Notes: a model not told the origin generated them from the sequence alone. DNA of 64,000 nucleotides from Gemmatimonadaceae bacterium (GCA_045803975.1 JBJMOA010000194.1:1191-65190); one strand, 5' to 3'; positions 1 to 11,124 are shown, counted from the stretch's first letter. Program-made: numbers and translations.

Positions 1-1795
<1,795 letters not shown>

Positions 1796-1912
1796 ATATG
1801 GTTCGAGTTTTCCTTGTATTTGACTCGAACCGACTAGCAGAAAACCAAGCGATCTAACGGTTGATTCGAACATCACACGATCACACTACTATCCAAAGTC
1901 ATTTTGATAATC

Positions 1913-2029
1913 GCTGGCGACTGAAGCGCAGGGGCCACACCCGTTCCCATTCCGAACACGGTCGTTAAGCCCTGCAGCGCCGATGGTACTCCGTTCGAGA
2001 GAACGCGGGAGAGTAGGCCGTCGCCGGCA
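1913..2029 (+). rRNA. rrf: 5S rRNA
   Basis: Helix I pairs gctggcgac (1913-1921) with gtcgccggc (2020-2028). Conserved ccgaacacgg...gcgccgatggtac...gagagtagg core. Lies ~115 nt downstream of the 23S end. Confidence 0.9.
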
Positions 2030-2040
2030 TCTCATTGAAA

Positions 2041-2073
2041 GGCCGTCAGTCTCGTACTGACGGCCTTTTTTTT
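2041..2073 (+). terminator. Rho-independent terminator of the rRNA operon
   Basis: Perfect 10-bp stem ggccgtcagt/actgacggcc with a 5-nt loop, followed by a run of 8 T. Confidence 0.8.
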
Positions 2074-2124
2074 CTAGTCCGCCCTCGTGACCAATCGGGT
2101 ATCTTTTGGTCATTAGGGCATTAA

Positions 2125-2197
2125 TGGGGTGTAGGTCAACTGGCAGACCGCCGGACTGTTAATCCGGAAGTTGCAGGTTCGAGTCCTGCCGCCCCAG
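2125..2197 (+). tRNA. tRNA-Asn (anticodon GTT), CCA not encoded
   Basis: Cloverleaf folded by hand. Acceptor tggggtg/cgcccca, anticodon stem ccgga/tccgg with loop c-t-GTT-a-a, T arm gcagg-ttcgagt-cctgc, discriminator g. Confidence 0.85.
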
Positions 2198-2232
2198 CTT
2201 CGCGTCACTCGCCAGTTGCAGTAACTTGCGCA

Positions 2233-3111
2233 ATGCCTCGCGCAGGGATCGTCACGGTCGTCGGTAAGCCAAACGTCGGGAAATCGACGTTGCTGAACCG
2301 CATTGTCGGACAGAAGCTGAGTATCACCAGCGCCAAGCCGCAATCCACCCGCGACCGCATCGTCGGCATCTACAGCACTGGCGATGCTCAGATGGTAATC
2401 CTCGACACGCCCGGCCTGCTCAATCCGCGCTACCCTCTGCAACAAGCGATGCGGGCTACGGCTCTCCGCGCGGTCGAGGATGCAGACGTGATCGTCTACC
2501 TTGCCGACGCAACAGAAGGAAATCCGCCACCGCTCAATATCGCCGCGGAGTTGTCATCGCTGCCGCGCTCGCCGATCATCACGGCCCTGAACAAGTCCGA
2601 CGCCATCTCGTCGGCGCGGCGCACCGCCACGCCAGCCGATGACGACTTGGTCTACATCTCGGCGCTAACGGGTGACGGGATTCCCGAGCTGATGGCCAAG
2701 GTCGCCGGGCAGTTGCCCGAGAGCCCCTTTCTGTATCCCGAAGACGAAATCAGCACCCAACCGGTGCGTTTCTTCGTCGCCGAACTGGTGCGAGAAACCG
2801 TGCTCGAGCAGCTCCACGATGAAGTACCTTACAGCGTGGCGGTGCAGGTCGAGGAATATCGAGAAGACCGCTCGCCGCTCTACATCCGCGCAGTAATTTA
2901 TGTGGAGCGCGATAGCCAGAAGGCAATCATCATCGGTAGCAAGGGCGCGCAGATCCGGCGTCTGGGAGAATCGGCGCGCAAGAAGATCGAGACGTTCGTC
3001 GGCTCGAAGGTCTACCTCGATTTATGGGTGAAGGTGCTTGCAAACTGGCGCAAGAATCCCGGCAGCCTCTCGCGATTCGGTTATGAACTAGCAACGGGAA
3101 AACGGAAATGA
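2233..3111 (+). CDS. era: GTPase Era
   Basis: G1 GKPNVGKSTLLN, G3 DTPG, G4 NKSD, and a C-terminal KH domain (IIGSKGAQIRRLG). Confidence 0.95.
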   Translation: MPRAGIVTVVGKPNVGKSTLLNRIVGQKLSITSAKPQSTRDRIVGIYSTGDAQMVILDTPGLLNPRYPLQQAMRATALRAVEDADVIVYLADATEGNPPPLNIAAELSSLPRSPIITALNKSDAISSARRTATPADDDLVYISALTGDGIPELMAKVAGQLPESPFLYPEDEISTQPVRFFVAELVRETVLEQLHDEVPYSVAVQVEEYREDRSPLYIRAVIYVERDSQKAIIIGSKGAQIRRLGESARKKIETFVGSKVYLDLWVKVLANWRKNPGSLSRFGYELATGKRK

Positions 3112-3275
3112 CATTGTCGGCACGACTTCTGGAGATCCTTGTTTGTCCCAAGTGCAAAAGCGAGCTCGAGTATCGCGAAGCGGAACAATCGCTCCTCTGC
3201 CACAAGTGCCGGCTTCGCTACGCCGTGCGTGATGACATTCCAATTATGCTGATCGATGAGGCGACTCCTTTTTAG
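3108..3275 (+). CDS. Trm112/YcaR-family (UPF0434) small zinc-ribbon protein, 55 aa; absent from the supplied ORF track (<60 aa)
   Basis: Hand translation gives MTLSARLLEILVCPKCKSELEYREAEQSLLCHKCRLRYAVRDDIPIMLIDEATPF, the canonical LLEILVCPxCK...CxxCxxxYxxxDxIPxML signature. The ATG overlaps the era stop (ATGA). Confidence 0.8.
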   Translation: MTLSARLLEILVCPKCKSELEYREAEQSLLCHKCRLRYAVRDDIPIMLIDEATPF

Positions 3276-4224
3276 CGTCGCGCTTCTCGCGATTGCCGGA
3301 AGTACCGGAAGCACGCAAACTCCGACTGGCAGCGAGGGATCGCTGTTCCTTTTGCTACCAACGGGTGCACAGGCCGTCGGGATGGGACAGGCAATGGTGG
3401 CCGCGAAGCCGGGCAGCGAAGGGATCTGGTGGAATCCGGCGTCAATGGGCAGCCAGGACAAGAAAGAGCTCGCTATCCATCATTCGAAGACGGTTGCCGG
3501 GGTTGGCGATGCGCTGACGTTCGTCATGCCGACGCGCTCCTATGGAACGGCAGCCCTCTCGCTCAACGTTCTCGATTTAGGCGAGCAGGAAGTCAAAAAC
3601 GAATTCGACCAGGTGATCGGCGTCATCTTGCCGCGCGACGTAGTCCTTGCGGCTACGTATGCCTTGCGCATTACCAGGCGCCTCAACACCGGGTTCAATT
3701 ACAAGATCGTGCAGATACGCTCCGACTGTTCGGGCGAGTGCGCGACGGTCGGATCGGAGGTTCAGAGCTCACGCGCGGTCGATCTGGGTGCCCAGTACGC
3801 GGTCGAGTTCGGAGCCCCGCTCGATTTCGGCGTCGCGATACGAAACCTCGGCGGTCGCCTCAACTCGAGAGAGACGCGGCAACAGAATCCGTTGCCGACT
3901 CAGGTCGAGCTCGGAGCAATGTATCGCCTGAAATTCATCGACCATTACGTGAAGGACACTGAGCTGAGAGCGTCGGGCAGCTTCGTGAACTCGCGCTCGT
4001 TCGGTGGCCGTGCCGTACGATTCGGCACCGACGTCATGTACCAGAGCAAAGTGCATTTGCGCGCCGGCTATGTTGGACGCGACCAGCGCGGCGATGCCAG
4101 TGCCGCTCTTGGATTCGGCTTGCAGAGCGGTGCATTTGTGTTCGACATCGCGCGAACCTTTGGTGGTCTGCCGGCTGACGACGGCCAGGCGCCCGTGTAC
4201 GTCTCCCTCCGTTATCTGTTTTGA
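3256..4224 (+). CDS. Secreted outer-membrane beta-barrel protein (PorV/FadL-like N-terminal motif)
   Basis: Signal peptide MRRLLFSVALLAIAGSTGS. GMGQAMVAA...IWWNPAS motif, alternating beta-strand pattern, C-terminal aromatic residue (..LRYLF) typical of a barrel beta-signal. The family assignment is tentative. Confidence 0.6.
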   Translation: MRRLLFSVALLAIAGSTGSTQTPTGSEGSLFLLLPTGAQAVGMGQAMVAAKPGSEGIWWNPASMGSQDKKELAIHHSKTVAGVGDALTFVMPTRSYGTAALSLNVLDLGEQEVKNEFDQVIGVILPRDVVLAATYALRITRRLNTGFNYKIVQIRSDCSGECATVGSEVQSSRAVDLGAQYAVEFGAPLDFGVAIRNLGGRLNSRETRQQNPLPTQVELGAMYRLKFIDHYVKDTELRASGSFVNSRSFGGRAVRFGTDVMYQSKVHLRAGYVGRDQRGDASAALGFGLQSGAFVFDIARTFGGLPADDGQAPVYVSLRYLF

Positions 4225-4300
4225 TCGCGGCTCGATCCGGCGGTTCGGACTTCCCATGCTCGCCGCCTTCCAGTCGTGACTCGCAGGTGAACACGATCGA

Positions 4301-5353
4301 GTGAAGTTCCTTTATCCGCTCCTCGTGTTCGTTCCCATCGCCATCGGCGCTCGGTTCGCCGGAGCGCCGCCGATTGCGGTGTTCCTATTGAGTGCGCTGG
4401 CGATCATTCCGTTATCAGGCGTGCTGGGTGCAGCCACCGAAGCATTCGCCGAACACACCAGCGCAGCGCTGGGCGGGGTTCTCAGTGCGACAATGGGAAA
4501 CCTGGCGGAACTGATCATTGCAGCCGTTGCATTGAGGGCTGGGCTGATCGATCTGGTGAAGGCTTCGATCACCGGCTCCATACTCGGCAATCTGCTGCTC
4601 GTTCTTGGCCTCGCACTACTCGGAGGTGGCCTGAAGTTCAAGAAACAGACATTCAGTCACGGCTTTGCCGGCTCGAGCACCACAGTCCTCCTCATTGCGG
4701 TTTTCGGTCTCGTCGTTCCCGCACTTTTTCACGGACTGCATCCCGACCCAGCCCGGGTAGCTACGGTTCGGATGTCACATTATGTAGCGAGCCTTCTGAT
4801 CGCTGGCTACCTGGCCTGGCTGGTGTTTTCACTCTGGACGCACTCGCCGGATTTAAGGGGTGAACGGGGGGCGAATCCCGTGACTGTAGCCCCAAAATGG
4901 TCGTCAAAGAAGGCACTGGGGATCCTGCTTGTCGCGGCCATCACGATCGGCGTCATGGCGGAGGTTCTCGTCTCGGCAACTGAGGAGGCGGTGAAGGTTC
5001 TGGGACTGTCCGAATTTTTCGTCGGATTGATCCTGATTCCCATCATCGGCAACGCAGCCGAGAATAGCTCGGCGATCATCATGGCAATGCGGAATCGGAT
5101 GGATCTCGCGCTCAGTATTGCCGTAGGCTCCAGCATCCAGGTAGCGCTGCTCATCGCGCCGCTGTTGGTTCTTCTCGGGATGGCGTTTCGACAGCCAATG
5201 GATCTCGCTTTTACCACGATGGAGGTGGCGAGCATCGGATTGGCTGTTTTAGTGACGACATCCGTGATCAGGGACGCGGAAACGAATTGGCTCGAAGGAG
5301 CCTTGTTGGTTCTCGCGTATGCAGTACTCGGAGTTGCATTCTTTTTCTTCTGA
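4301..5353 (+). CDS. cax: Ca2+/H+ antiporter, CaCA/CAX family
   Basis: Two alpha-repeat signatures, GNLAELIIA and GNAAENSSAI, in a ~11-TM hydrophobic protein of 350 aa. Confidence 0.85.
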   Translation: MKFLYPLLVFVPIAIGARFAGAPPIAVFLLSALAIIPLSGVLGAATEAFAEHTSAALGGVLSATMGNLAELIIAAVALRAGLIDLVKASITGSILGNLLLVLGLALLGGGLKFKKQTFSHGFAGSSTTVLLIAVFGLVVPALFHGLHPDPARVATVRMSHYVASLLIAGYLAWLVFSLWTHSPDLRGERGANPVTVAPKWSSKKALGILLVAAITIGVMAEVLVSATEEAVKVLGLSEFFVGLILIPIIGNAAENSSAIIMAMRNRMDLALSIAVGSSIQVALLIAPLLVLLGMAFRQPMDLAFTTMEVASIGLAVLVTTSVIRDAETNWLEGALLVLAYAVLGVAFFFF

Positions 5354-5389
5354 TAGAGTAGAATCACCGGCGACCCGGAAGCCACTGAT

Positions 5390-6388
5390 TTGCAGCAGCC
5401 AAACGCGATCCACTTTTCACCCGACGGTGCCTCACTCCCGGCGCACATAGCCGCCTGGATCGATGGTCAGGACGGTTCCATTCTGACCCTCGGTTCGGGC
5501 GACGAGCTGATGTCGATAGGATTGCGCGCGCGCCCGCGTTTCGTCGTGTTCGACGCGCGGCGCGATCCGGCCCCCGCTCTTGCAGCTCTTCACAGAGTGA
5601 AAAGGGATTCCTACACGGCTGTAGTGCCGTGCGCGGTCCTTTGCTCGAAGAAAGCGGAGGCGTTGTCAGCGGCGTTCGATGCGGGCGCCGACGAGGTGAT
5701 TCGCGATGGAATGCAGGTACCGGAAGCCGTTCGTCGGCTGACGGCGATGCTGATTCGATCCGAGCGCGACCTTATCGTGCATCCGTCGACACGCCTGGCG
5801 GGAACGTCAGCAATCGAAGCGGAGATCGGCCGCAGGCTCGCATTGGGTGATGCGTTCGCCGTCTGCTACGCTGACCTGGACCACTTCAAGGAATTCAACG
5901 ATCGATATAGTTACAACGAAGGTGATCGCGTCATCCGGATCCTGGCGAAACTATTGCACGACGTCGTCAAGGGGACGTGCGGCGAGGACGGATTCATCGG
6001 TCACATCGGCGGCGACGATTTCATCTTCGTAATTCCGTATAATGCGATTCCGGCCGTTTGCGGCGAGATCGTGGCGACCTTCGATCTCCTGGCGCCGTAT
6101 CAATACTCGGAGCAGGATCGTCGGGCGGGTTACTTTTTCGGGAAGGACCGTCGTGGGCATCTCGATCGGGTGCCGCTGATGACGCTCTCCATCGGCGTCG
6201 TCACGAATTTGCGCCGTACATTGACCTCGGCGCGCCAGGCGAGCCAACTTGCGACCGAGATGAAAACCTACGCCAAGAGCCTGCCGGGCTCGGTATATAC
6301 CGTCGATCGACGGAGTGATGATCGCGTAACGCCCCAGGAGCCAATGCCAGCAATTCGTGATGTGCGCAAGAGTGGAGAGAGCGAATGA
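5390..6388 (+). CDS. Receiver-like domain fused to a GGDEF-type nucleotidyl cyclase domain with a GGDDF signature
   Basis: N-terminal ~120 aa have a CheY-like pattern (FVVFDARRD...AGADEVI). The C-terminal domain has ADLDHFKEFND...EGD...GHIGGDDFIFV. No RxxD I-site is visible upstream of the signature. The TTG start is uncertain. Confidence 0.7.
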   Translation: MQQPNAIHFSPDGASLPAHIAAWIDGQDGSILTLGSGDELMSIGLRARPRFVVFDARRDPAPALAALHRVKRDSYTAVVPCAVLCSKKAEALSAAFDAGADEVIRDGMQVPEAVRRLTAMLIRSERDLIVHPSTRLAGTSAIEAEIGRRLALGDAFAVCYADLDHFKEFNDRYSYNEGDRVIRILAKLLHDVVKGTCGEDGFIGHIGGDDFIFVIPYNAIPAVCGEIVATFDLLAPYQYSEQDRRAGYFFGKDRRGHLDRVPLMTLSIGVVTNLRRTLTSARQASQLATEMKTYAKSLPGSVYTVDRRSDDRVTPQEPMPAIRDVRKSGESE

Positions 6389-7254
6389 ACGTCAGTTGTC
6401 CGGACTGCCGTTCCATTTTTCGAGTGGATCCGGCGAAGGTGCCACCAGCCGGCGTGCGCGCGCGGTGCTCAGTATGTAGCGGTGTAATCTCGATTCCGGC
6501 ACCGACCGGACAAAGCACCCCACCCGGCGTAAACGCATTCACATCGTCGCCTGCTGCCGCGCCGCAGCAGCAAGAGCGGCCGCGCGCGGCTTCGACACCT
6601 GCGACAGCGACAGGATGGGACGTCCCGGCGGGTGCACGGCCGCGCACGGAGCCAGGAGAGCGGAGTCCAATTACGGCCACCGCCACCCCACCGTCGCCTG
6701 CGTCCGGGTTGCCCGAGTTCAATCCACCGGTCGCTCCGCCTTACGCGCCACGCGCAACAGCACCGACGCCCCCCTCGGCGCCATCTACGCCGTTCGCCCC
6801 GCCGGCGACGGGACCGATTGCCGGTCCTTCTGCGCCCCCGTTTGTCCCATTACAGCCGGGATTTCGCGCTCCGACGCCGGCACGTCCGCCCGTAACTCCA
6901 CCGGCCGCAGTTCCGTCCACGCCTCCGGTTGCATCCCCAGCGGCGTCGCCAACCGCTTCGCCGGCTGCATCCGATGGAGGTGCACGTCGTCCCCTGAATC
7001 CCTTCCTCTCCAAGGACCCCAACCAGCGGGCCAAGCGCCTCGCTCGCGCGCTCGTCTCCGATATCATCACTTATCACCCTGCCAAGCACGCGGAAGGGCT
7101 TCGCGACGGCACGCTCAAGCAGCTCTTTCGTGAGGAGATAAAAAAGAGCTTCGAAGAGTATATTGCGCAGGTGGGACAGCAGCTCGCGGAAAGCACTACT
7201 TATTTTCAGGAAGCACTGAACGAAGTGCTGGGTGCTGGCAAGAAAATCTTCTAG
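6385..7254 (+). CDS. MJ0042-type zinc-ribbon protein with a long Pro/Ala/Ser-rich linker and a conserved helical C-terminal domain
   Basis: N-terminus CPDCRSIFRV...RCSVCSGVI (CxxC...CxxC). About 160 aa of P/A/S/T low complexity. C-terminal ARALVSDIITYHPAKHAEGLRDGTLKQLFREEIKKSFEEY. The ATG overlaps the upstream stop (ATGA). Confidence 0.7.
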   Translation: MNVSCPDCRSIFRVDPAKVPPAGVRARCSVCSGVISIPAPTGQSTPPGVNAFTSSPAAAPQQQERPRAASTPATATGWDVPAGARPRTEPGERSPITATATPPSPASGLPEFNPPVAPPYAPRATAPTPPSAPSTPFAPPATGPIAGPSAPPFVPLQPGFRAPTPARPPVTPPAAVPSTPPVASPAASPTASPAASDGGARRPLNPFLSKDPNQRAKRLARALVSDIITYHPAKHAEGLRDGTLKQLFREEIKKSFEEYIAQVGQQLAESTTYFQEALNEVLGAGKKIF

Positions 7255-7273
7255 GCGTCGGGGGCCAGGGTAA

Positions 7274-8393
7274 ATGGCGGAAAGCGAGCGCGGTCGTGGT
7301 CTGAAGCAGGACGGAGAACGACTCGCGGAGTTGCGGAGGTATCTTTGACATTGATGGCAAGCGCGCTCGATTGAGCGTGCTCGACGCCGCGATGGCGGAC
7401 CCTGGATTCTGGAACGACCAGGAGAAGGCGCAGGCGACGCTTCAGGAAGTGAAGACTCTGCGCGGATGGATCGATCCTTACGACAAGCTGGCAGCGCGCG
7501 CGCAAAGTGCGCTCGAGCTCGACGAGCTTCTACAGGATAGTCCGGAGCCGGACATGGAGCGTGACCTCGACGCCGAGGCCGCGCAGCTCCGCGAAGACAT
7601 CGATTCTTTCGAGGTGAAATCCTTGCTGCGCGGCCCTGACGATTTCCGCGATGCGCAGCTGGAGATCAGCGCCGGCGCCGGTGGCACCGAGGCGCAGGAC
7701 TGGGCCGAGATGCTGATGAGGATGTACGTGCGCTGGGCGGAGAGACGCGGCTTCGAGGTCAGCGTTCTCGACGAAAGCCAGGGCGAAGAAGCCGGCATCA
7801 AGGGCGCGGTCCTCGAGATTCGCGGGCTCTATGCGTACGGGTTTCTACGACCCGAGACAGGCGTGCATCGTCTCGTGCGAATTTCCCCCTTTGATGCAAA
7901 TGCGAGACGCCACACCAGCTTCGCCTCGGTGTTCGTGTATCCAGTCGTCAACGAAGAGATCAACATCGAGATCCGCGACGAGGATCTGCGCATCGATGTT
8001 TATCGCGCGTCAGGCGCGGGCGGCCAGCACGTCAACAAGACGAGCTCCGCGGTGCGCATCACCCACATTCCCACGAATACGGTTGTCGCGTCGCAGGCGG
8101 AGAGGTCTCAGTTCAAGAACAAGGCGACCGCGATGAAGATGCTCAAGAACAAGCTTTATCAGGCGGAGATTCAACGTCGCGAAGCCCATAAGGCCGAGCT
8201 CGACGCGACCAAGTCGGATGTCAGCTTTGGAAGCCAGATCAGGAGCTACGTTTTCCAGCCATACACGATGGTCAACGATCATCGCACCGAGCTCAAGATT
8301 CCGGACGTCCAGAAAGTGATGGACGGCGGAATCGATCCTTTCATCGAGGCATACCTAAAGCAGGGCGGCGGTTCGGCGACGGCGGCGGCGTGA
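7274..8393 (+). CDS. prfB: Peptide chain release factor 2, encoded in two frames joined by a +1 frameshift at 7346
   Basis: Frame-0 ORF MAESERGRGLKQDGERLAELRRYL stops at TGA 7346-7348. The +1 frame continues DIDGKRARLSVLDAAMADPGFWNDQEKA..., with the SPF tripeptide (RISPFDA) and GGQ (SGAGGQHVNKT). Confidence 0.92.
7335..7349 (+). other. Programmed +1 ribosomal frameshift site of prfB
   Basis: ggagg-tat-CTT-TGA-C: an internal Shine-Dalgarno-like GGAGG lies 3 nt upstream of the slippery CTT followed by TGA C. This is the same architecture as the E. coli prfB site. Confidence 0.9.
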
Positions 8394-9877
8394 ACGAAGA
8401 GATCAACTTCGTGCTCCAGGCACGCCGCGAGAAGCTCGAGGCCCTGGAGGCCGCGGGCATCGCCGCATACGCCTACTCTTTCGATCGACAGCATCTCGCG
8501 AGTGAAGCGCAAACGCTCCTTGGCGAGCGCGAGGAGGGGCCGGTCGTAAGTCTCGCCGGGCGTATTGTCGCCTGGCGCTCCCACGGCAAAACCACTTTCG
8601 CGCACCTCGCCGACGCCTCCGGAAAGATCCAGCTCTATTTCAAGAAGGATCAGCTCGGCGACGACATGTACTCGTTGCTCACGCATCTCGATCTCGGCGA
8701 CATTATCGGTGTGCGTGGACCGCTCTTTCGGACGAAAACTGGCGAAGTCACGGTGCGCATTGATCGCGTCGAGTTGCTCGCCAAATCGCTGCGGCCGCTG
8801 CCCTTTGGAAAAGAAGAGGAGGTGGGCGGCCAGATCATCCGCCACTCAGGCTTCGCTGATCCGGAGCAACGCTATCGCCAGCGGTACGCGGATCTGGCCG
8901 TGCATCCCGAGGTGCGAGCACTCTTCGTCGCGCGTTCCCGAATGACGCGCGCGATTCGATCCTTTCTCGACGAGCGGGATTTCCTCGAGGTAGAGACACC
9001 AATTCTGCAGCCGCTTTACGGGGGAGCCGCGGCACGCCCGTTTACGACCGTGCACAATGCGCTGGACATGCCGCTTTACCTCAGGATAGCCGACGAGCTT
9101 TACCTGAAACGACTAGTCGTCGGTGGCATCGAGAAGGTTTACGAGATCGGACACGATTTCCGTAACGAGGGAATCGATCGCACTCACAATCCCGAGTTCA
9201 CGATGCTCGAGTTCTATGAGGCGTATGCCGATTACCGTAGCATGATGGATCTCGTGGAACAGTTGATGGAAAGGACAGCGGAGGCCGTTCGGTCGGTGCC
9301 GGAATTCGCTTCGACGACGCCGACCTTCGAGCGGCCATTCAGGCGCCTGGAATGGATGCCATCGCTGAACGAAGCAGCCGGCCTCGACGTCACGTCGCTT
9401 GGCGACCAGGCACTGCGCGCACTTGCGAGGCGCGTGGGTGTAGAAGGGTCAGAGTCGATGAGCCGTCCGAAATTGCTCGACGAAATGTTCCAGGCGCTGG
9501 TCGAATCGAAGCTGGTGCAGCCGACATTCGTGGTCGACTACCCAGTGGAGCTCTCGCCACTGGCGAAGCCCAAGCGAGGCAATCCTGCTCTCACTGAACG
9601 GTTCGAGCTATTCGTGAACGGTAAAGAGATGGCGAATGCATTCAGCGAGCTGAACGACCCGCTCGACCAGCGGCGTCGTTTCGAGGCGCAGGCCAAGTTG
9701 CGGGCAGCGGGCGATGAAGAGGCGTCGGGTGTCGACGAGGATTATTTGCGCGCGATGGAATACGGCATGCCACCAATGGGTGGCGTAGGCATTGGTGTTG
9801 ACCGCTTGTTCATGTACCTGTCTGGGGCAACGAACATCCGCGATGTGATTCTTTTTCCAACGATGAGACCAGAGTGA
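8390..9877 (+). CDS. lysS: Lysine--tRNA ligase, class II
   Basis: OB-fold N-domain plus class II motifs (FLEVETPILQ, DFRNEG, GGVGIGVDRL). Conserved prfB-lysS synteny. The GTG overlaps the prfB stop. Confidence 0.95.
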   Translation: MNEEINFVLQARREKLEALEAAGIAAYAYSFDRQHLASEAQTLLGEREEGPVVSLAGRIVAWRSHGKTTFAHLADASGKIQLYFKKDQLGDDMYSLLTHLDLGDIIGVRGPLFRTKTGEVTVRIDRVELLAKSLRPLPFGKEEEVGGQIIRHSGFADPEQRYRQRYADLAVHPEVRALFVARSRMTRAIRSFLDERDFLEVETPILQPLYGGAAARPFTTVHNALDMPLYLRIADELYLKRLVVGGIEKVYEIGHDFRNEGIDRTHNPEFTMLEFYEAYADYRSMMDLVEQLMERTAEAVRSVPEFASTTPTFERPFRRLEWMPSLNEAAGLDVTSLGDQALRALARRVGVEGSESMSRPKLLDEMFQALVESKLVQPTFVVDYPVELSPLAKPKRGNPALTERFELFVNGKEMANAFSELNDPLDQRRRFEAQAKLRAAGDEEASGVDEDYLRAMEYGMPPMGGVGIGVDRLFMYLSGATNIRDVILFPTMRPE

Positions 9878-11124
9878 CGAAGCTCGAGTTACAGATTGCC
9901 TGGCGATACCTGCGCAGCCGCCGCGGATCGAAGCTGTTATCGCTAATCAGCATCATCGCGATCGGCGGCGTGCTCGTCGGTGTGAGCGCGCTCATCGTGA
10001 TCATTGGCGTGATGAACGGTCTGCAACACGATCTACGCGAGAAGATTCTCGTCGGCAGCCCGGACATCCGTGTCCTCACCTACGGGGAAGATCTAAAGAT
10101 TGCCGACTGGCCGGCGGTGCTCGAGAAAGTGCGGAAACAGCCGGGCGTCGTTGCGGCGGCCCCTTTTGTTCTCACCGAAGGAATGCTGACGGCTTTCCAC
10201 GACTACTCGAGCGCCGCTTACATCGTCGGGATCTTGCCGCAGGGACGCGGAGTCCCCGAGGTAACGACGATCCGCTCCCACGCGAATCAGGGCGATTTCC
10301 GCTTCGCGAGCAGCGACGGTCAGCGTCGCGGCATTGTGCTCGGAAAGCTGCTCGCAGCGCGATTCAACACCTATCCGGGCGACAGCATCAACGTTTTCAC
10401 GGCCGGCGGCGCCAAAATGGACCCGGTGACGGGGGGCCTCGTGCCCCACGCTGAGCGCTTCGAGGTAACCGGGACCGTCGAGACGGGGATGTACGAATAC
10501 GACAACGCGTACGCGTTTGTCGCTCTCGACAAGGCGCAGCAGCTGGCCGGCCTGGGTGATGGGGTCACTGGAATCGAGGTCAGGACAGCCGACCGCTGGC
10601 AGGCGACGACCGTAGCTCGTCAACTGTTAGCCGTGCTCGGTTGGCCGTTCCGCACTGTCGATTGGCAGGAGCAGAATCATTCTCTGTTTCAGGCGCTCAA
10701 ACTGGAGAAGCTCGGAATGGGCGTGATCCTCCTGCTCATCGTGCTCGTCGCTGCGTTCAACATCGTCAGCACGCTCACTATGGTCGTCGCCGATAAGACG
10801 AAGGAGATCGGAATTCTCAAGGCGATGGGTATGCCGGCGAAATCCATCCGCCGGATATTCTTCGCCCAGGGTCTGGTTATCGGGGTCGTCGGGACAGCTC
10901 TGGGGCTCGTGATCGGATTCGCGGGCGCCCTTGCGCTCGACAAGTATCAATTCATCAAGCTCGACGCGCAGGTGTACTTCATCGACCATCTGCCAGTGTC
11001 GACGCAGCCCGCTGACGTGATATGGATCGTGCTTGCGAGTATCGCGATCGCCGCGGTCGCTACGGTGTATCCATCGATACAGGCGTCGCGACTTTACCCG
11101 ATCGAGGCAATCCGGCACGAATGA
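9874..11124 (+). CDS. lolE: Lipoprotein-releasing ABC transporter permease, LolC/LolE family
   Basis: N-terminus ELQIAWRYLRSRRGSKLLSLISIIAIGGV, a large periplasmic domain, and a C-terminal FtsX-type 3-TM bundle. Confidence 0.85.
   Translation: MTKLELQIAWRYLRSRRGSKLLSLISIIAIGGVLVGVSALIVIIGVMNGLQHDLREKILVGSPDIRVLTYGEDLKIADWPAVLEKVRKQPGVVAAAPFVLTEGMLTAFHDYSSAAYIVGILPQGRGVPEVTTIRSHANQGDFRFASSDGQRRGIVLGKLLAARFNTYPGDSINVFTAGGAKMDPVTGGLVPHAERFEVTGTVETGMYEYDNAYAFVALDKAQQLAGLGDGVTGIEVRTADRWQATTVARQLLAVLGWPFRTVDWQEQNHSLFQALKLEKLGMGVILLLIVLVAAFNIVSTLTMVVADKTKEIGILKAMGMPAKSIRRIFFAQGLVIGVVGTALGLVIGFAGALALDKYQFIKLDAQVYFIDHLPVSTQPADVIWIVLASIAIAAVATVYPSIQASRLYPIEAIRHE

Noticed and set aside
6520-6990. Repetitive GC-rich nucleotide stretch (gccccgcc/ccggc-type repeats) considered as a tandem repeat or CRISPR-like array
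   Set aside because: It is in-frame Pro/Ala/Ser/Thr low-complexity coding sequence of the zinc-ribbon protein, with no regular repeat-spacer periodicity.
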